Shown: piece after piece, positions 1-13,117 of the stretch
How the letters are laid out: the number at the start of each line of letters is the position of its first letter
How positions within the stretch are numbered: position 1 is the stretch's first letter
Source: Blasia pusilla
Taxonomy: Eukaryota
Length of the DNA stretch: 64,000 nucleotides
Reading direction: 5' to 3'
Assembly (NCBI GenBank): GCA_050084515.1
Contig: CM114271.1
Span: 5,518,001-5,582,000 of the forward strand
The notes under the pieces: generated by a model
The model's input: only the letters and a program-made list of their open reading frames with translations
The model's database searches: none
What the model was told of the DNA's origin: nothing
Position numbers and translations under genes: made by a program

Positions 1-2120
1 TAAGAAGATTAGAAAATAGTATGTGAGGATTTGGATGGTCTTTCTGTTGAACTTCTCAAGTGGGGAGGAGATTCTATCAGACCGATCCTCACCAAAGTAT
101 TGGGTGATGTTGCTATTGATGGTTTTCCTTCTACTTGGTCGCTACGATAGATTATTCCTATCCACAAATCAGGAAGGAAGGATTTGGTGAAAAACTACCG
201 CACTGTCATGGAGGGTAGTGTTTTTGCCAAGTTATTTGGCAAAAATACTAAATTATTTTTCTATTAATAGAACATAAGGAAAATAGGTTAAAAACCCTAG
301 TTTCTCTAGTAGTGAAATAGTCGGGAGTTGCAGTGGTAGGGCATTCTCTCGTATGTCGAGTTATCTCCATGTTCAGGTTCCATCGAAGCTCTTCTGTGAA
401 CGCACGAACGGACTACATCACTTTGTATCTCCAAGTTTTATAAAAGATTTCAGTGATTTTTTCACTTTCTTTTTTTTCTCAGATTTCGTCCAACACACAA
501 CACCATCGACCATATCCTGGCCTTACCTATTTTATCGGAGAAATCTAATGGCAATGGGAAAGCTTTGTTTTGCGGTTTCATTGATTTCGAAAAAATATTT
601 TGATACAGTATCTCGTAAGCTATTATGGGATAAGTTGCAAGCCATTGGAGTACCACAAAATCTCCTAGCTGCCGTGGCTACTTGTACCATTCTGTTTGGG
701 CCAAGATCAAAGGTTCACAAGTTCAAGAGATCTTGAGTACTATGGGAGTCATTCATGGTTGCCCTTTCTTCCCTACTTTATTTGTAGTTTTCATAGATGA
801 TATCGAAAAGTGGTTGGAGGAATGTGACAGTGAAGGTGTCAAATTGGGAGACTTTGTCATCAAAGTTTTATTGTATCTAGATGATATCATATTACTAGCA
901 CATGATGGCATTAGTTTATAAATGCACCTCGACACTTTGGTGGCAAGTTTTTGTACCAAAAAATCATATGGAGCTTAATATGGATAAGTCTAAAGTCATT
1001 CTAGTCGGTACTAGATCCAAGTTCTCTTTCTTTTACAAAGGTCTACAATTAGAACAAGTGAAGAGTTACAAATATCTAGCCATTGATTTCTCTCATGATT
1101 ATAGTTGGGTATTTTGCTTGAAAAAAAATAATAGAAGCTAGCTACAAAGCTCTATATTCATTTTTAGATCGGTATATAAATGCTCATCTTGTATCGTGGG
1201 GTCTTAGGAAGTTCTTATTTAGGAGCTTAGTGATGTCTGTGGTCTTATATGGAACCCAAGTTTGGAGCCCTAGTTGTAAAAAGACAGGTTGGGAGCGCGT
1301 GGTGAGGGTGCAAAAGATCTTTCTACAAGAAGAATTGGGTGTAAGAAACCAAACTCCTTATGTTATTCTTCTTGCAGAAACAAGTTGTATTCTTCTAGAA
1401 GGTGAAGCTCTCTACTTGACCATCACTTATATTGCAAGGATGAGATCTATTGATATTTCTCGTCTCCCTCATCAAGTTTTACGAGCCACACGTTCCATAG
1501 GGTGGATTGCACATGTGGTGACTTGGTCTTCAAAGTGGAATGTGGCGGAACGGGATTGGAATCTGAAACCGATGGCACTCGGCGAGCATCTACAGAAGTA
1601 ATTTCCCAACATTATTTGAAGCAACGGGGGCACAAAAATAGAGTATTATCAACTTCATGTTAATCCTATGCTTGTATATTATGAACAAGGATAGCTACTT
1701 GTGGGGATCTCCTTGTTCTTACGTCATATTATCGCATGACATAGAACTGGGTCTCATAGACTAGGAATTGAGGAAGGACGTTGGCTCAACATTGATAGAA
1801 AAGAACGAATTTATAAATTATGTGACAGAGAAAGTATTGAAGATGAAGAGCATGTGTTTGTTACATGTCCAAGGTATGAACAAATTAGACTAGTTCATAA
1901 AATAGATGTGGAGAATTTATATTCTTTACTACAGCTTATGACTTATGATTTAGGTTGTTATATTAGAGATATCATCATTCTTTGTTCAAAAGCTTTAGGC
2001 ATTAGCTAGAAGAAGACCTTTAGGATATTTTTCTGAGTCGGTGTATAACTTGTAAAATGTTTTTTTTAACTGTTTGTCCCTTTGGGTCCCACACGCTTAT
2101 CATTTACCATTTACCATTAT
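1..2120 (+). mobile_element. Degenerate non-LTR retrotransposon (LINE) ORF2: RT, C-terminal Cys/His domain and short tandem-repeat tail
   Basis: Frame-broken RT motifs: IIPIHKSG..NYRT (~150-205), FRPTHNTIDH (~484-513), GVIHGCPFFPTLF, LLYLDDIILL (~868-897), YKYLAIDF. C-terminal RTGSHRLGIEEGRW...LC....EDEEHVFVTC (~1743-1868). The 3' end has CATTTACCATTTACCATT (~2101-2118). The element runs off the left edge of the window. Confidence 0.85.
241..481 (+). repeat. Truncated Copia-family LTR fragment interrupting the LINE RT
   Basis: Clearly similar to the LTRs at 24022-24207 and 35030-35254 (CTAGTTT..GTAGTGAAATAG...GTATGTCGAGTTATCTCCATGTTCA...GATTTCAGTGATTT). Ends in CA at 481. LINE coding sequence stops at AKLFG before it and resumes at FRP after it. 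Confidence 0.85.
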
Positions 2121-2129
2121 CTACTCCAT

Positions 2130-3710
2130 TATATCTTATGTCATGTAATTGATGAATTTCTTTATATCTTCCATCCAAAGCTTCACTCATCTCAATTGAT
2201 AGAATGTTTCTTTTTTTCATTTATCTTAACCAAGAACTAGCTAACTTGTGGGAGTTGATAATTTCTTATGGTTTGTTGTTAATATCGTAACTATCATTAC
2301 ACGATGTTATTTGATCATTCCTTCCTAGATTCTATATCCGCTCATTAAATATATTAAAATTTTAATGGAATATGGTTTCTCATAGCACGACTTTATTTCA
2401 CCAAATATCTTATCTCTATAAATATCAAAATATTTAGTGGAACAATTATTAAATCTATAACCCTTAGAATCCATATAATAGCCCAAGAAGAGACATTTTT
2501 ATATTTGATTTCTAACTTCTTATGCTTCTAATTTCGTATGTGAACAAAGCATATAGACCCAAAGAGATCCAATATATAGTAGAAACAACTGGGGTTACGT
2601 TAAATAAGAAAATTATGCTTAAGATATAAGCTTTAATATTTCCACATTGATGAGTGATAGAAATATTTTCTTCACGAGCACTCATATGATTTGATGTTTC
2701 TTAATTACTGTGGCAACTTCACTAGTGATATTTGGGCTCTATAAATTAATGTGATTCATGGTCAATACTTGATCGTCATTGTAGTAATACTACACATAAT
2801 TTTTTTTAGTAAAACTCCAAATGTCATTCTACTTCTTGAAAAAATCCTTTGGAATAATGACCTTTGATCTCGAAGTAGTTGGTCGATACTCTTCAATGTG
2901 GAGATTTCCTCTATCTTTGAAGTTGCCCCTTCCCTCAGAACAAACTATTAGTGCCCACACTCTTGTGCTTATTGTTGTTCTTGTTATTGTTTATAACCTT
3001 GGTAGCCTTGATTTTGTTGACCCTAAACATAGAAGCTAAATTTTCCACCATAGTTTTGGTTTCCATGATTGACCAAAAAATCTATATTTGCCTCTTCTTG
3101 CATAATAGGTATATTCTTAAAATTTGCGTTAAGAAATAGTTAATCCTAATCTTACTCTTCACCGATGATAAACTTTTTTTTTTTTGAAAATATTAGGAAT
3201 ACATCCCTAGTAGAGATGGATATTTTGTTTTTTTTCCCTTAATCCTTGGAGTGTGATCATAATGAGTTACCATCATCTTCGACTACTCTAATATTACCTA
3301 ATTGATCAACAATAGTGTTAATGTTAATGATGTAATTATATCTTTTCTCAAATTATTTTCTTATCTTATTAAATTTTCACAACAAATATTACTTTCCAAT
3401 ATTAGTACATAATTCATATGCCTTAGCTAATACATCCCATGATTCAATTTTTTTCTATCCATAATGAATATGATATATCATACATGCATTGATGATAATC
3501 AATATATAATATCTGATTTATCTGCCCTTTTGTTCTATGCTCTTACATCTTGGTCGGTGAAGTCTTCTCTAGGCTTGGGTTAGTCACATATGATCAAATC
3601 CCATACTTCATGACCAAGAAATAAATTCTTTATCTTTGAGTTCAGTGCGGAATTCTTTTTCTAATCAAATTCCTCTCCCATTTTTATTGACATTAATTTA
3701 GGCATTGTGA
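2130..3710 (-). mobile_element. Highly degenerate Ty1/Copia gag-pol remnant
   Basis: Minus-strand translation near 3600-3660 gives KIKNLFLGHEVWDLI, resembling the Copia Gag N-terminus. Further down there are faint Zn-knuckle and protease-like traces (SNHMS). Many stops. Confidence 0.4.
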
Positions 3711-6700
3711 AAATTATAAAATAGATTCAATCTTAAGGATACATAATTGACACTATAATTACTCTATGGCACAAGTAGTTAATTTATGACCGAAAATTCA
3801 ATAATTTATGCCGCGTTACTATAATCTCAAATTTATTTTTTTATATAGTTGAAATTCAACTATTATGGAAAAAATAATATTATCATTTATTAATACTAGT
3901 GGGCAGCATGTGCCATGCATGGGAGTGAAAGGACTTGTCATGTTGCACACAATATCTTATTCTTGTTGCTCGTAGAGCGGGAAATATTTTTCATGTTGCC
4001 CGTAGAATCGAAACAACATTTTTGTCTCTCTAAGTGACCTTCGCCTCAATGGGTCAAATTCACCTATCCTAGAATATTGTGTTAGTGTTTTTCAACATCT
4101 TATATTTTCAACAATATTCATCACACTTGTGAAATGTTTATCACGTTACCTATAGTCAATCAAGAGTATGTAATGTGCCTTGATAGAGAGGCTTTGTGTA
4201 TAGCTAGGTGTGGATAGGTCAAGTGTCACTTATTGGCCTCCCTTGGTAACCTTTGTGCACAAACCATCTTTTGGGAGATTTCTTTGAACCTTTAGTGTTA
4301 GTGGTGTGCATTGGGTCATGGTTGTGACTATTATAACATACTCTTCAGGAACGAATGAGGTTGTGACCTATGGGAGGATAAGCCTATGGTAGGTGATATG
4401 TTGCTTGGTGAGAGTCATAGTCGAGCAAGTGTTACTTTGGCGCTAGTTGGCTTGACACCATTCATAGATTGAGGGCCAATAGTGAGCCAAGGTAAGTTAG
4501 TACAACATAGTGTGGAGCGGTAAGTCCATCAAGTCTAAAGTGAAACCTTCATGGAAAGATGTCACAAAGTTTTCATGGGGCCGTTGACCTTGATGACCTT
4601 TCATGAGCGAAAGTCACATGTGCATATTCAAGAGATTGATATAGGCACGGTGATGTTGTTGTAGCAACAACATGAGTGATATTGTCGGATCGTGTGATTG
4701 GGGTTGGATTATCTTAATTTAGTCCGTGGAACACTTTGAAAAATAACTAGTCTCATTTTCAATACAAAGGGTTTACCACTATATAAATACACTTATATTC
4801 ACTTCTATCCCTACCAATTCAAAGGCTCTCATTGATTTCCTTACATTTTTAGAAATATTTTAAATTTAATATCTATGATATAAATTTCCAATTTAAATAA
4901 TTTTCTAATTAGCCTAAAATATATATTTCAATAATATTTATTTATTTTTAATATTTAATTTGTAACATTAAAATTTTAGTGGCACTAGTAAAATACACAT
5001 AAGATGCATGGTTTTGCGAAGGATAAACAAGCGCATCAGTCTGAAACATGGGGACTTGAAGAGTATAGGAAAAATATAACGTTAAAAGTCTTAAAAATTT
5101 GTTGGAATGATTGATATAAAACCATGACAAGATAGAACTGAGAACCATTGAGTTGTATATAGCTGGATGATTGAGATGCAAATTTACATTAATAGTATAC
5201 ATTGGATTCCCTTCATTTCATTTACATAAGGCTAATTGTTCTTATTATCTTAAAGTATATAAGAAAAAATAGTGAATAATAAAACTCATCAATTCATAAT
5301 GATATGATTTTAAGATCAAACAAAAGGAAAAATTGTTCCGTATCTTTTAATGTTTGTTATCTTTTTTTGAATTCTGAGTAATTTATAGCTATACCATTTT
5401 TTGGCATTAAATATTGGATCATGAAGCTATTTTAGAGAAAAAAAATTATGTGAAATGTAATTTATTTTTCTATATTTTGATATTCTTCTATTGAGTGAAT
5501 TATTTTCCTTAAAATGAAAATAAAACCATAATATATTTATCTTTTGAAGGTTTTTTATCCCTTCCATAAATTTTCCAATATTTGTTCTTGCCTAAATAAG
5601 AAAGAAGAGGAAATTATATCTTATGAGAAATTTTCTTGAAATGATGTTGGATAGGTTTTTGATAGAATCCTAGATTTTATTTTTGAGTAAAGAAGGTAAG
5701 ATTCTTTCATAATAAATAGTCTTGGAAAGTATAGAAGAATGATAAGTTTAGGATATAGCATGTGACCATGATAGTGACATACAAGTAGTCAAACAATATG
5801 TCATGACACAATAAAAGAAAAAACTTCTCATTCAATCATAAGAATGCAAATAAACAAAATTATAAAGTGAGGCTTTCAAGATTATATGAGGAATGACGCT
5901 TCTATCAATGAGTAAAAAGGAGTGTCATTTTTTTCCTACATTGTGGCAATGACATCGTAATATAGAGATCATATTTTAAGGTAATTAAGAGTGATGTCCT
6001 TATGAGAGATAATCCAATCATGGGAATGACATACAATTGTAACAAAAAGATGAAATATGACTAATGTATGGAATGGATGATTCTTGCCACAATCATAATT
6101 GACTCTTCATTTTTTTGGATGACACGCCAATGAACAATATCACTCATATAATAAGAAACACATATGTTTAATTTATCCAAATGTTAGAATGGCTAATATA
6201 ACACAAACACGAGACATGAGTTTACACCCATTTTGTTGCATATCATGCAAAATAGCTCAACTCAAGGCTTTCGTAATCTACATAAACTAGAGATATCTTG
6301 AATTCAATCCAAGGCCAATAGAAATGAGAATACATAGAAGATTAAAAGTAACTTTATTTGGGGTGCAATCATGCTTACATATTTTTGTCACATGTCTTGG
6401 ATTGGAGACATTTAATAACGATTGAATTCTTGAAGATCATATATATTGGACAAAGATTGATCCAAGTGACAGGATGGATTTTAGATGACTTGATAAGAGT
6501 AAGAGTTCTTTTCAAAGGGAATTTTTTTTCTTCTAAATATAGGTCTTTGGCATCATAGAGCCATTTACTTTCAGTGATGCACAAGCGAATCCACATTCTA
6601 CTATGCTCATTCCCCATTAAAGAACATGTAAATGAAGGGGAACTATTGGTGGAGACAAGGAGAGTGACTCGTACATAATACATGCACATGTCTTATAGTC

Positions 6701-7193
6701 AAAGCATAGAAGACAAAAAAAGTGACGACAATAAAAAAAAAAAAGACAAGATGAAATGAACTTCATAAACACATAAGGAAAGTCCAACAAGTATGGATGT
6801 TAAGGTGAGAAGAAGAACAAATAAAAATATGCAATGGAAATTTATTTATTTTGTTTTGACCACATATCAATATTTCTTTCATTCCCAATAAAAAATCATG
6901 AAAGCTAACAAAGTTTGTCATCCCGAGGAACTTCGGGGCATACTTATATGCTATTATTTCGAGGGAAAGGGATATGTCGATATTTTCCCCACAATTTTAT
7001 TAAAACACTCACTAGTATGGCCCCTCGCAATGTAAAATAAAGGTGAGATAACCAAGGGGAGTGGAGTAGAACAACAATAAAATCTTACGGTGTAAGGAAA
7101 TTAAGATGGCACATGTCACAATTTCATGTACGCCGCGGAGATAAAACAAGGGGAGAATTATAAATATATTAAAAACATATAACCAGCGTGGGA

Positions 7194-7678
7194 CCCTCTG
7201 AGAGGGTTGGGAGGAGGCAAAAATTAATAAACACGTTTGGAGGACACGTGGATAGCCTAATGTTGAGGAAAAAGAAACGACGAGAACATGTAGGGGCTGT
7301 AATCAAAACACCGATCCCAACATTCACGACCTCGAGACATTCAATCATTCTCCTGCTCCTCACATGAGAACCGACCTCATTCTTACAAATCCGGCCGACT
7401 TCAAGCTGCCTCACTGAGGACCCGGTCCCGTGAGAGTCCAAGGATTTTAGTATGAGTCGCGAATGACGAAAGGGAGATGACATGTTTCCTAGCAGTCGCC
7501 CAACAATGCCTGCCACTGCCGAGGGCCTCGAAGCTCGAACATCACCAACTAGTGTGCGGCCCTCTGAGAGGGGTGGGAGGAGACATAAATTTTAGTCGTG
7601 TGGGGAGGACAAGAGGATAGCCTAAATGGTGAGGAGAAAAAAAAGGACAAGAATCAGCAAGGGCCGTAAATAAAAACA
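7194..7678. repeat. Two diverged ~118-bp direct repeats (7194-7310 and 7560-7678); a partial third copy lies near 46054-46115
   Basis: Both copies read CCCTCTGAGAGGG.TGGGAGGAG...GGAGGACA...GGATAGCCTAA..G.TGAGGA.AAA...AAAACA. Confidence 0.7.
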
Positions 7679-10495
7679 TGAATAAAAATAATAAATCGGA
7701 TTATTGTTGTTTTATTCCGCGCTATTTGTGGCCACGTACACCTGCCTTCCTAGAAGGAAGGGACTGCACCGAGTTAGACCCTCCTACTTTCCTCATGTGC
7801 GTAGGAAGAGAGTCACAGTATGGGGTTAGGTAGAGCGAATAAGAAAAGGGGGAAATCCAGGAAATATAATTTAGGATTTATCATTTGTATGCAAACATAA
7901 ATAAGTAAATTGCGTGAAATTGCGTGCGAGCGCATAACTGGAAAGTTCCCGGTCAACGTCAAGTCTCTCGAATTAACGACCATAGCAAGCATCGCGGCGA
8001 GGTCGGGTACGTGGAGGGCGTACTGGAGAAGGGCCGCGGGACCGCGGCCCTGCTAAGGATGGTGGGAAACGCGTGTCCTATTTTGCAGGTCGTAGCCAGG
8101 GCGGGGAAGGCGACATCCACTGTTTAAGCGCGGGCGCGCTTCGGGAGGGTCCAGACGGCGTTGTGGGAAGAGAGAAGAGGCGGGCCGCGGTCAGAGCGGG
8201 AGAGGAGGAGGAGGAAGGAGAGGAGAGAAGGTCTGGCAGCGGGGGATTTGAAGGTGGCCGTGCACCTCATTGGAAGATTGTGCCTGAGACGAGGAGGAGA
8301 TCGTGAATCAGGGAGAAGCCTGCGCCAGCTGATCCCTACCCCGGCAGGTCGTCCCTTCTCAGAGTGGTATGCACGCGTTCGCTCGATCGATCGTTCGTTC
8401 GCTCGCTCGCTCGTTCGATCGTTTGTTGGTTGGTTGTCTCTCGAGGGAGGGAGGGAGGGAGGGATGGATGGATGAAGAAGTCGTCGTCCGTATTATAACG
8501 AGTGGGATATGCACTCGTTCGGTACGTATGGCCCGGGTCGATCTCTGCGCGTGTGAGTCTGTGCGAGCGAGGTTGGAATGACTGAATGAATATGCTTTTC
8601 CGTAGATTTCGAGTAATTGACATTTCCTTTTCTTGTCGTTAGAAAGCGGACGCCACCTGTACCATTGCGAGCTTTGAATTTTGCTATATTCATCCCCGGG
8701 GAATTTGTGCTTCTGAGTCTATTACTGCGTGCGGGAGTTTTGTGGTTTTGGTGTGCGTGATTTAGTCTTTAGAGAGGCTACTTGGCGTTGCACGCCAAAG
8801 TAAAGAAGTCTTCTTCAACCGGATAGACTTCGAGGTTCACTTTTTGCCCGGGGCTCGATGAGATTTTCAGTTCATTTTACGAATGAGTGGTTTCGTGTGC
8901 ACGGGGGACCGGAGAGAGAGAGAGAGAGAGAGAGGGGAGGGGGGAGAGACTCTCGTCAGAGAGTTTGCCAGAGAGATGAGTCAGATGACCAAGAGAACGA
9001 TACAGGACGCGTGGAATTCTTGGTGGCTGTCGCCACGGACCCATCATGCCTGTACGATTGGTTTGTGTAAGATACAGTCTGGGAGGGAATGTGAGAGGCA
9101 GTGGCTCCCTCGGGTCAGGCATGACGGTTTTCCGAAGCAGTGCTTTGGTCTGTTCCGTAATATCCGAATTCGAGGATCTGTTGGCAAGGGTCACGGTTCC
9201 CAGACACATTGGACTTGGTGCCATTTGGAGCGGAGTTTGTGGTTCTGCATTTTTTCGATACATAAGAGAGCTGTGTGTCCACTCGGAAACCATGATCGAG
9301 TCCCGGTCGAAAGAAAAGCCTTTCATGGTTTGGAGGTTGTAACTATCTTTGGATTTATCATTTGCACCTAGTGTACTGAACAAGTGCGCAATGCGACGGT
9401 CGCGCCCTTCATGTCAGCGCTGCTCGTGAGGTGCCTCGGGTATGGCATAAGCCGACTTGGATTTTCCAAATCGAGCTGCAGCCCGACCCAAGCGTACATG
9501 TTCGTTGACCTTTCGTTCCCGCGCGCGTCCATCATGATACGAGTTTATTTGATCACCAAAAAGGCACCACTTGTACTGGGCCTGTTGCTCCAACCCGCTT
9601 CACGACGTTACTTCTTGGAACATCTCCAATGTAAAAGAACATCGGCCTCCCTCTCCTGTTGGACCCTATCTCACTTATCCTCTCTTCAACTATCTCCCGA
9701 CGTGGTCTCAAACTTGCTGCGATGTTATTTACGGACGACGCTTCAGCACCACCGACGTTGCACCACCTACCTTTAGTGTTGAAACGGCTGCTCATTTTCC
9801 AACACAGGGAGGAGTGTGAACCATCCCAGAGATCAACTTTGACAAGTTAATGAGCCCTATTCGTGAGCAACTTTGTGAAGGCGTGAATACGCTTACGGCT
9901 GTCTTTCACTGGTGAAAACGTTCCCCCTCCATAGAAAGACGCGCACGAAACCATGCCACTTTGCCCTCTTCTTACCAGTGGTTGACAACGTTGTATGTGC
10001 ATTGATCCGACTGTGTGGTTTCCGCCTAAACTTTTTCCCTCTTCACTTGTTCGTACGGCTGCGTGAGTGAATCGGCAGTCGCTTTTCTTTATCGACTTTT
10101 CCCGTAAGGTTAATACTTCGTCAACCTCGGTCGCCTCGAAATTGGGGCTCGTTCATTACTTGAAGGAAGTTTGAAAATTTTGGAAAGCGCCATTGATCTT
10201 TTCGGGTTCATATTCTCCTAGAAGTCGTGAGTTTAATTGGATAAATGGCAGTCGTGGGTCCTTTTCTTGAATCACAGTTGGTTCTGATGCACGTTTTTGA
10301 GTCGTGCAGCGGAGCGCATATGCTCGGATGATCACTAGACAGAATTTTAGTGAGGAGTGTTACACGGAGGTTGAAGTAACTTTTGTCTGCGCAGGACGAA
10401 CGAAAGATGTGAAACGGAATTCCAACGTCTTCTGAGATCGTTGTTTGCTCGAGAACTGGAAGTTCGATCGGAGAAGGGTTTTATTCGTTGACAAG

Positions 10496-13117
10496 ATGGA
10501 GAGAGGGCTGGATGATCCTAGACTTTTTCGGGAGGCCAAAATACAAGAAGAATTGGATTACAGACGATCTGGGTCCTCAATTCGCAATTCGCTCTCTCTT
10601 TCTTCAGCTAAATCGCTGTCGGTGGAGGAAGAAGACGAACTAGAAGGGAGATCAGGAGATGCTGGATCAGCTCACAGACTTTCTGACACTGCGGTGACAG
10701 CTTGGAGCGATGAGCTACGTCCTGGAAGACTCTCAATTGGAAGCCAATCAGGAGCGTTAGAGGCGGGGGAGAAGGATGTTGGGTACGGGGAAGCCGTAAC
10801 ACTCCCGGCGATTGTATCACCGCCCTCTACTAAACAACGCGCAGTAGGTTTCTCTTGGCACATAATTTTGAAGCCAGATTTTTTGGTGGGACCCTACTTT
10901 GTCCAGAGTATCAATGAATTTGATGAAGTATTGACCATTCTTCTTGAAGCAAAAAATATTTCCCATGTCATATTCTGAACATGAGGATGGGCTTAAGCCC
11001 GGGAGCACTCTAGACTGGTCTCGTGCTTAGTCGAGGTCTGTCCCATTATTCCTGCGTGAGATTAATGATCCCCGTCATATGGCATTTGTTTGACAGGTGG
11101 TTTCAGACAAACTGTGTGGCACTCTCGAGTTCGTGTCTGTGCTGGCTCACCTTACCACTTTCGGAATTATCGGGGTAGGATTTATCTCGTTCTGCGATTC
11201 ATGCGTGTAGCGATGCTGCGTTTCGGAACTGAAGTCATCGAATAAATGCTTTCATCATGGTTTCACGGGTTGTCTTTCGTTGAATACTATCACCTGGAGT
11301 TCTCCTTTGTCCAACTTTATCGTGGCATACTGCTCTCTCCAAAGCTTGTGTCTCTCTTGCCTCACATTCTCATCTTTTATCGATGAGAGAAATCTTCTGT
11401 GCACTCTATAGACCCAGGTCGTTTGCCCTTCACTGCCGCTCTGGTGTAGTTTTTACTGATGGTATGGTCATTTTCTTTGAAAGTCCGAATTAAACTCATG
11501 GAAAATCTGTGTCTGTCAGGTGCTCATAAGATACGGTATGGGGCTTCTATTCAAACCTCCACTTGCAGGGGTGACTTCAAACAACAGCCCACTCTTTTCT
11601 GATCTTCCTTCAAACATGGTATAAGCCTGTTTTGTTGATTTTGTTCTCTTTACCCCTGATTTTTTTCCTGGTATTCTAAAGTGAGACTGCGAAATGTTTG
11701 CTCTTCACTTATTCTCTTTGTGTGTGGTATTCTTGTCGCTGGATGTGAAGCTTGGATCCTTTTTCATGGGATGGGTGGGAGTAGTGTTCAAGAAGGACAT
11801 CGCGATGTTTTCAGATCATCTGGCAATTGGCCTTTCTACTGGTCTTATGGGAAGCATAACTACGTATGCGGCCATGATCTTATGGATGATGGTGAATATG
11901 GTGGAAAATCGCTGGCCGATTGGGATTGTTGGACTGTTAATTGGTGGGTTTGCATTGCTTCTGGTGAACCACCTCTTTCTAAATCTCACTCACAAACATA
12001 GAATAGGAACACATGTACAGTGGAAGTCTGCGTAGGATGAAACTGAAGGTATTATTGAGAAGTTATCTCGAGGAAGATATGAGAAGGCTACTTGTTTTGT
12101 TGGAAGTTTTGTGTCTCGAGAATGTGCGAAAGGAGACTTCAATGTAAAAGCTCGGGTAAGTAGGGTATGCATACCTACCACACGGACTGAAATTTAGAAC
12201 CCTTGGATCACTACAGGTATGGAGCTTAGCCAAGTGTCTCTGACGGTGGGTGTAGATTCGGCAAAACTCTTGAACAAAATAATTGAGCATGTAAACCATG
12301 AGAGGGCTTGTAAAGGACTGGAGAAGCTACGAACGCCTGCTCCTGACAATCTTCGGCGACGGCAAGCAAGCCTTCTCTTCTTCACTCTTGTCGGTGGTGG
12401 CTTGTGGATCGGATCAGGGATTCTGACCGTCTTTGACAACAACTCAACCTCAAGGAGAACTCTGTGGCTGGCTTGCTTGGTAGCTCCTCCTGGTGTTTGG
12501 ACACGGTGGTATTTTGCGCGACTAAATGGACAAGGCATTGGACCCAAGCACCACCTCAGGTGGCTACCTGTAGGAACATTCTTAGTGAACGTTACTGCTT
12601 CCTCAATAGAAGCCGCCCTCCAATGCGTAGAAGTTGTGGTATGTGGAGCCTTCTTCATCTTCCTGTGTCTATTTACGGCCTCTACATGCAACTCCTGTTT
12701 TTTTTTTCTCTTCATAGAGGTTATCCACGTGGACGCTATTTTCCATTCATTGTCTCTTTCCACATGTCATCTTCATCCCAGACTCTTAAAAGGCCACACT
12801 GGTTGAACTCTTGTTTCTCTACCGATTTTCTTTAGAAGTGCCAAAAACTCTAAATACATCTTCCTGTTCTGCAGGTGGGAAATTACAACTCTAGATTGCT
12901 CGTGGGAGGTCTAAACTTGGGATTCTTGGGTTGCATGAGCACCGTCTCCACTTTCGTTGCCGAAATACAAATCATGCACCAAGGGAAGAATCGCTGGCGT
13001 GCTTATGTCTATCTTATCGTCACTATCATTTCCTCCCTTGTGATAGGGTTTCTCGTGTATGGAGTGCCCGTCTGGGTTGAGGATTTTGGAGAGAGGTTAA
13101 GACCGTTGGAGACGTAG
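10496..13117 (+). CDS. FEX: Fluoride export protein (FEX; two CrcB/Fluc domains). Exons 10496-10843, 11097-11174, 11520-11618, 11751-11943, 12217-12638, 12875-13117
   Basis: GT-AG splicing joins one open frame: HLTTFGIIGVLIRYG...DLPSNMLGSFFMGW...GLSTGLMGSITTY...APPGVWTRWYFARLNG...LPVGTFLVN...GFLGCMSTVSTFVAE. It carries two Fluc G-x-x-G-x-x-(T/S)T signature motifs, as in plant FEX. A long intron-containing 5' leader from ~8.2 kb to the acceptor at ~10394 is likely. Confidence 0.93.

Noticed and set aside
353-736. ORF MSSYLHVQVP... (similar start at 24080)
   Set aside because: It is a chance frame through the LTR running into neighbouring TE sequence, not a gene.
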